A stretch of DNA of 64,000 bases, taken from positions 270,754,001 to 270,818,000 of the forward strand of contig OZ024742.1 in NCBI GenBank assembly GCA_964016885.1, read 5' to 3'. Positions 58,101-64,000 of the stretch are shown piece after piece; the first letter of the stretch is position 1; every line of letters starts with the position of its first letter. Source of the stretch: Eledone cirrhosa (taxonomy: Eukaryota). The notes under the pieces were generated by a model. The model ran no database searches and was not told where the DNA came from. It was given only the letters and a program-made list of their open reading frames with translations. The position numbers were made by a program, and so were the translations under genes.

Positions 58101-59260
58101 ATATGCCAGACATGTTCGGAGAACCTCTTGCCTGACGTCTACTGCAACTGGCAGCAGAACGGGAAAATTATCATCTCTGGGAGAAAGGAGCGATGGCGCT
58201 GCTGAAAAAGGATCCGAACAAGGTGGATAACTTAGATAATTTCGGGCCCATAACTCTGCTAAGCACAGAGTTCCAGACTTTGGCCACGGTGCTAGCAAAG
58301 TGGTTGGCGCTTGTCGTCGGTGGTATGGTGGGAGAGGTGCACTCATGCGCCATTCCAGACAGATCCATTCACGACAAACTTCACGTCATGTGATATATGG
58401 TTGATAGGGAAGCTAAGGCACCTGACACGGGTAGTTTATTGATCAATTTAGATCAGTCGAAAGCTTTCTTTATGGTCGACCATCGTTATCTGGCGGCATT
58501 CCTGAGGGCGGCCGGCTTTGGGCCCGTTTCCAGAGTCTGGATTGCTGCCATGCACAGCGACATCTGCTGTGGTGAGAGGGAAGTTCACCTTTCGGAACCG
58601 TTCAACATCTTGCGCTCGATCCACCAAAGATGTCTACTCTCGTAACTGTTGTACGTATTGACTCTGGAGCCGTTAGTGCACAAACTGGAGACCTTGTGGG
58701 AGATCCCGCGCGAAATGCGATGCGGAAGAACCGTGTCAGCATATGAAGAGGTCTTTATCGTAGTGTTGTTGAACGCCAAACACATCGAGGCGATTAGCAC
58801 CACACTAAGAGAATACGAAACGGTGACAGAAGCAACGATCAACCATGAAAAGTGGGTGGACGTGCCGCTCGGCGCTTGGAGAAGCAGGTCCATCCCGTCC
58901 AATAGCGTAGCCGGGCGCTTGACGGATGGACCGGGACGAGGTGATGAGCAGGTTGGCCTCTCTCATCTAGAAATGGGCCGAGAGGAAACTATCCCTGAAA
59001 GGTCGAGTGGAGTTGGTAAACATGTACATCGGGTCCGTCATCTACTACCGCCTGACCATTGTGCCTTGTCCTAAGCCTGACCTGACTGTGCTGAAGCCTT
59101 TGCTCTATCGCCTTTTATGAAGGCACGCGCTCCGATAGCCAGGCGGTTCATCTGTCAACACCCGCAACGCGGAGGTCTGGGCATGCCGTGGATGATAATG
59201 CGCAGACATGAGCTTAGGCTACCGTATCTCTACCTCTTCCTCGACGGGGATCAGGTGCGG
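54770..59260 (+). mobile_element. L1/Tx1-type LINE (ORF1 with Zn knuckle, ORF2 APE plus RT), decayed and 3'-truncated
   Basis: ORF1 RCHGCGDKTHLKAF; ORF2 from 56743 MASLRIGSINARGL...ISET, VYAP, GNWN, YLDRV, TDH; RT NFGPITLLSTEFQ, LDQSKAF. Confidence 0.85.
55578..55753 (-). mobile_element. SINE inserted in LINE ORF1, 16-bp TSD
   Basis: TSD gtgacgtaataataat at 55562-55577 and 55754-55769. Confidence 0.9.
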
Positions 59261-59261
59261 T

Positions 59262-61340
59262 CACTGTTTGCTAGAAATTAACAGAGTTTCAGATTTTTGC
59301 CAAGGTATTAGGGAAGAGGTTTGCCCTTGTCGTCGATGATTTATTTGGGGAGGCGCAAACTTGACCAGGTCCATACATGACAACTGCCACCTCATGCGAT
59401 ACATCATAGAACGGGTAGGGTGTAAACTTTGCTTCGTGCGGCTCTGATCAATATAGTTCAATCGGAAGCATTCGATAGGGTCGACCATCGGTAACTAGAC
59501 GTTATCATCAAGGCAGCTGTCTTCAGCCCCGTCTTCAGAAGCTCGATCGCTGCAATGCACAGTGGCATCTGCTCGGTGGTCAAAGTTAATGGCCACCTCT
59601 TCGAACAGTTTCAGATCTCCCAATCGGTCTGAAAACGGTGCTCTCAATTTTACCTACTGTACATATTGACTCTCGAGCCTTTTCTGCGGAAGCTGGAGCT
59701 GTTGCAGTGCATCCCGCTCGAACCGGAACGCTGAAAGGCTGTGTCGGCTTATGTGTACGGCATCACCGTGATGGTGTCGGACACCTCGGAAATCGAGGTG
59801 GTCGGCAACTTATTGGAGGAATATGAAAGGTTGCCGGGAGCAAAACTTAACCCGGAAAAGTCGGTGGGCTTGCAGCTCAGTACACGGAGAGGCAAGTCTA
59901 TGCCGTCCAACAGCATCGTTGGGCGCTGGACTGGTAAAGTTGTTCGGCGTTTCGTTCGGGCCAGACCTTTAGTTGGATAAGAATTGGAACGAGGTGACGA
60001 GCAGGGTAGCCAACCTCACCCAGAAATGGGCTGCGAGTAAACTAGCACTGAAAGGTCAGGCGGAGGTGGCGAACGCGTTCATCGCGTCCTACATCTACTA
60101 CCGCCTGAAAGTCGTCACTTAATCCCGTTCGCGCCTCGCCAACTTGGAACGGCTCCACTTCAAATTCTTGTGGAGGGAACATATTCCATTGGTGAGGCGG
60201 TTCATCTGCTGCCAGCACCCTCTACGTGGAGGGTTCGGCATGCCGTGGCTAATTATGCGCAGAGGCTGTAGCATCTCCAGATATTCTGCCTAAACGGTGA
60301 ACAGGTGTGGTCCCCGTTTGTTAGACGGGCGTTCCCGCAATCCGTCTTTTTGACTGAGCTGCAGTCCTCGGTCAAGAAGAGACCGAGAGTGGGTGACTGA
60401 CATGTGGAATGTTGCCAGACACTCACTGCCCCTACCAGGCGGGCAATGTGGTCAGTGAAACTTTCGCTCTCGAGTTCTATAGAGTATTAGTGGTTGTAAA
60501 GTACGACGACTCACTCGGAGAGATCCTAAGCGTTGACGAAGTCGATTTAACCAGTCTGTTCCGGAGGACTTTCGAGCCGGGAACGATGGATAATTTCCAA
60601 ACATCGCTCTCTTGGCAGTGCTACCGGTGGGCACTGCCGGTTCGAGATAAAATCTGCAGACACGAAAGTGCTGTCTGACGGACCTGCCCGATATGCGCAC
60701 AGAGCGACGAATCCGTTCTGCACGCACTCGCCCAAAATCCGTCCATTACTGACTTGTTGAATTATGTCGAACAGCTTCTGTCGCGTGTAGAACGAATCCG
60801 GCTATCGGCCCTGTCCATAGGGAAGATCGACCCACCGCTTTCTTTTGGCCAGAAAGGGCAGGCAATTTTCCTCTGTCTAGTGGCAGTAGCGAAAGAGTTT
60901 TTATGGTGGACCAGGTTGAATGGACAGAAGACCGACAATTTTCTCTTCGTCCAATACCTCATCAACTTTTTCAAGTTTCACTTGGAAAGGAAGTTGAGAG
61001 TGGTGAGAGAAGTGTTGCTCCCTCCTCTTCGTATATTTGCTGAGAGGTGGGAGAATGTGGTGAGAATGGCCCGTGTGAGTGGGCCTACTCTGATCATACG
61101 CCTGTAGGTGGGTGAATTTCCGGGTTCTCTCGAAGCGGTGGTGGTTCAGGATTGGTGGGGTACATGAGTGAAACCCGGCTGGTTTCCCCCCTATTGGTGA
61201 ATTTTTCAGTGTTGTATTTTTGTTGTTTTTTGTTACTGTTATTTATATTTCTACGTGCCCCCCCCCCCACTGTCCCCGTCTGTTGTATTTTCCCCTATAC
61301 GTCGACCCTTGCGGCCAATACATCAAATGATTATTATTCA
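59262..61340 (+). mobile_element. second L1/Tx1-type copy, 5'-truncated, fused to the first
   Basis: RT restarts (RSIHDNCHLMRY, EAFDRVDH, AKLNPEKS); C-terminal CPICAQSDESVLH; 3' UTR ending cccttgcggccaata...attatt. Confidence 0.85.
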
Positions 61341-62703
61341 AATCAAGATCATCGTTGCTTTCATCTTTTCTAAGATAATAAACAAAGACACAATGAAGTA
61401 ATAGGACCGATATCAACAATGGTGCACTCTTCCATATGTCAGCCCTTTTTTCCATGCATAAGCTAATTGTTGCTACTATTATTAGAATGAGAAATTGTGT
61501 GGGATTATCTGAATATTTAGGATTGCTGACATGTTTTCAGACATTCGTACCAGCTTTTTAAATCTAAATAACATTCTACTGAATCCAACGTCTACTTTAA
61601 TACTATTGAAAGGCTGAAATCAGGTACTAGTCAAGAATTGATATTGGCTTAATCAAATATACACTTTCCTGAAATTTCTTTCTTGATATCCTGTTTCTAA
61701 TTAATACTATTTACTAATCGATTTGATACATCCTTGATCCTGGAATCTTTGTCAGTAATAAAGGAACAGATTGAAAGTGGGAGTAAACATCACATATTTT
61801 CCATTCTATATAATTATATTAAGGGTGCCGCCACTGCCTCTTACAATTCTGCTATTTATCAATACTACAATCTTTTCTTTGTTATATTTTCAGATGCAGA
61901 GATGATAAGATATTAACGAAAAATATTGAAAACCCATGAAAGGACATTTTCAAGATATGGCAATCCCTTCAAATGTAAAGAACACAAGTCAATAAAATAC
62001 ACTCCACCGCTTATAAATAAATAAAAAATATATATAAAGAAAGAAAGAAAACAATATAACTGATGGAAAATAAATACCCAGCGAAAGATATTTAAGTATT
62101 TGCAGCTATTGAAAATACTGACAGAATATTCTTTACATGAATGCAATGAATAGAAGATGTTCTTAAACAAGGTATATGGGGCAGAATATAGTCGATTTAC
62201 TTCAATGCATACATTTGTGTGATGTCTTGCGGGAAGACCATTCTACTAATATATACAGAATTGAATATATATTTTTTATTAACTTTAGGTTCCTCTTTAC
62301 ATCGTGATAGGGATCTGAGATAGATTTTTTCAGTCGTATATGTATGATTTATCCTGTTTATCAGATATTGTATACAAAAAGAAATATACAAACTGGCCAA
62401 CAAAATTATAACAAAACGTCTACAAAGACAAGCTCAATATTTGCAACTTTACAAATACATTTATTTGTTAGAGAATAATGATTTTTATAGCTTCAATTTT
62501 TAACAAAGATTTAAAGATAATAAAAGGAAAATGCCTTTCTTGATGTACTGATAAAAGAAACATACAAGGCTGAAAACGTGCGAAAGCGTGTTATGGAATA
62601 TTGAGAAACACAGACACATAAACACACGCACATACACGCACACGCATCGACACACATACGCACACACACGTACACACAGGCACACACGCAGACCCATACA
62701 CAG

Positions 62704-62758
<55 letters not shown>

Positions 62759-62786
62759 ATATTGTAAAAAAAAGAAAACTTCTATT

Positions 62787-64000
62787 ATGAAGTACATTCA
62801 AGTATCACATCTGGGTACATTTGTTTGGTCTCCAGGAATTATTTTACGCAGAACGATGGCGCTATGTTCTGTATCTGGTATTTTGGGTTCAATACTATTA
62901 CTGTCATTGAGCTTCAGTATTCCTGATGAACTCACAGAACATCCGCTCCGCTCTTTTGATAATAGCTTACTGAGTAAATCTACGGTGAATTCACATTCAG
63001 GTGGCCTGCATTCGGTGAGAAAGTTCACACGTGTTGCTATGTCAAGCAACGACTATGACGCTCGCGCAAATCACTTACAGCACCAACAAACAAATGAAAC
63101 AAATTCCACAACATTTCTGACTACTCCTCTAAAGAATGATATGTCTCAAGAAAGAATAGGTTTGTTGGGAAGTGATGAGGTAAACGTCACAACTGAAGTG
63201 GGCATTGTGCCTAAACACTTTCAACAATATAATAGTGCATTTCTAGTTGTAATTGTGTGTAGTCACCCAGAACGTCTGGAGTACCGCCAGGCAATACGGG
63301 AAACATGGGGTTCATCTAGAGGCCAGGAATTCCATGTATTGTTTCTAACTGGTAAACACGAAGATCCGTATTGGAACGCATTGATGGATAAAGAAAACGC
63401 ACTCCACGGTGACATCTTACAAGTGGATGTTATTGATAGCTACAGGAATTTATCTTTGAAAGTAATTGGCGGCCTTTGCTGGATAACAGACAGTTTCCAA
63501 AATGTTGATTATGTCATGAAAACAGACGATGATGTGTACATAAATGTTTGGTATTTACTAAAACTTTTAAAAGAAAATGTTATTAGTCAACAGCAAATCC
63601 TAGGGGCTTTGTCAATAATGTCTCCAGTAAAAAGAGACCTCAGAGATCCGTGGGGTGTGAGATTCAGCGAGTTTGCTCCCAAGACGTATCCCCCGTACGT
63701 ATCAGGAGGGGCCTACGTTATGTCACAGAAGGCAGGTAAGAAACTATGTGTGGAGAAATGGAAAAGACAGTCACCTTTTATTCATCTAGAAGACGTTTAT
63801 GTAACAGGTATTTTAGCACAGGCAACCGGTATAAGCCACGTGGCTCATCCAGGTTTTTCATTTTGGACTAGCAAAAAGGCTAAAGCAGCCGATATTGCTA
63901 ACAATAAACGTGTGTCTAGTGTTAATATGACACCTAATCAAATTTACAAACTCCACAGACAATCGAATGCGTTACTTGTGAGTACAACATCATCGGTAAA
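62787..64000 (+). CDS. beta-1,3-galactosyltransferase-family glycosyltransferase (GT31), type II membrane protein; runs off the window
   Basis: 404 open codons: MKYIQV...RRTMALCSVSGILGSILLLSLSF (TM), RQAIRETWG, GDILQVDVIDSYRNLSLK, YVMKTDDDVYIN (DxD), YPPYVSGGAYVMS, LEDVYVTGIL; alternative start ATG at 62856. Confidence 0.93.
   Translation, partial: MKYIQVSHLGTFVWSPGIILRRTMALCSVSGILGSILLLSLSFSIPDELTEHPLRSFDNSLLSKSTVNSHSGGLHSVRKFTRVAMSSNDYDARANHLQHQQTNETNSTTFLTTPLKNDMSQERIGLLGSDEVNVTTEVGIVPKHFQQYNSAFLVVIVCSHPERLEYRQAIRETWGSSRGQEFHVLFLTGKHEDPYWNALMDKENALHGDILQVDVIDSYRNLSLKVIGGLCWITDSFQNVDYVMKTDDDVYINVWYLLKLLKENVISQQQILGALSIMSPVKRDLRDPWGVRFSEFAPKTYPPYVSGGAYVMSQKAGKKLCVEKWKRQSPFIHLEDVYVTGILAQATGISHVAHPGFSFWTSKKAKAADIANNKRVSSVNMTPNQIYKLHRQSNALLVSTTSSV

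Noticed and set aside
62798-63049. 83-aa minus-strand ORF
   Set aside because: Antisense shadow of the GT31 CDS.

Overview
Eukaryotic (animal) genomic DNA, AT-rich and saturated with (TA)n/(CA)n/(GA)n/(TAA)n microsatellites; the SINE types suggest an octopod cephalopod (inference from recalled repeat sequences, not a search). One clear host gene is visible: an uninterrupted GT31 beta-1,3-galactosyltransferase-family ORF from 62787 that runs off the right edge and is absent from the supplied ORF track. Most of the rest is decayed mobile DNA: Penelope-like elements (PLEs; RT and GIY-YIG fragments, inverted pseudo-LTRs), R4/Dong-type RLE retrotransposons in (TAA)n, L1/Tx1-type LINEs, an RTE LINE, a Rep/Pif1 Helitron, a non-autonomous Helitron and about eight tRNA-derived SINE copies. 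The most striking unannotated structure is about 20 type-I hammerhead ribozyme (HHR) motifs read by eye (intact, degenerate or half). Several sit singly in non-coding 312-593 nt units with terminal direct repeats, inserted in (TA)n (retrozyme-like or non-autonomous PLE). Several fold-back copies turn exactly at native RNA hairpins. Most ORFs in the supplied track are microsatellite translations. All coordinates and alignments were read manually, so TE boundaries are approximate.
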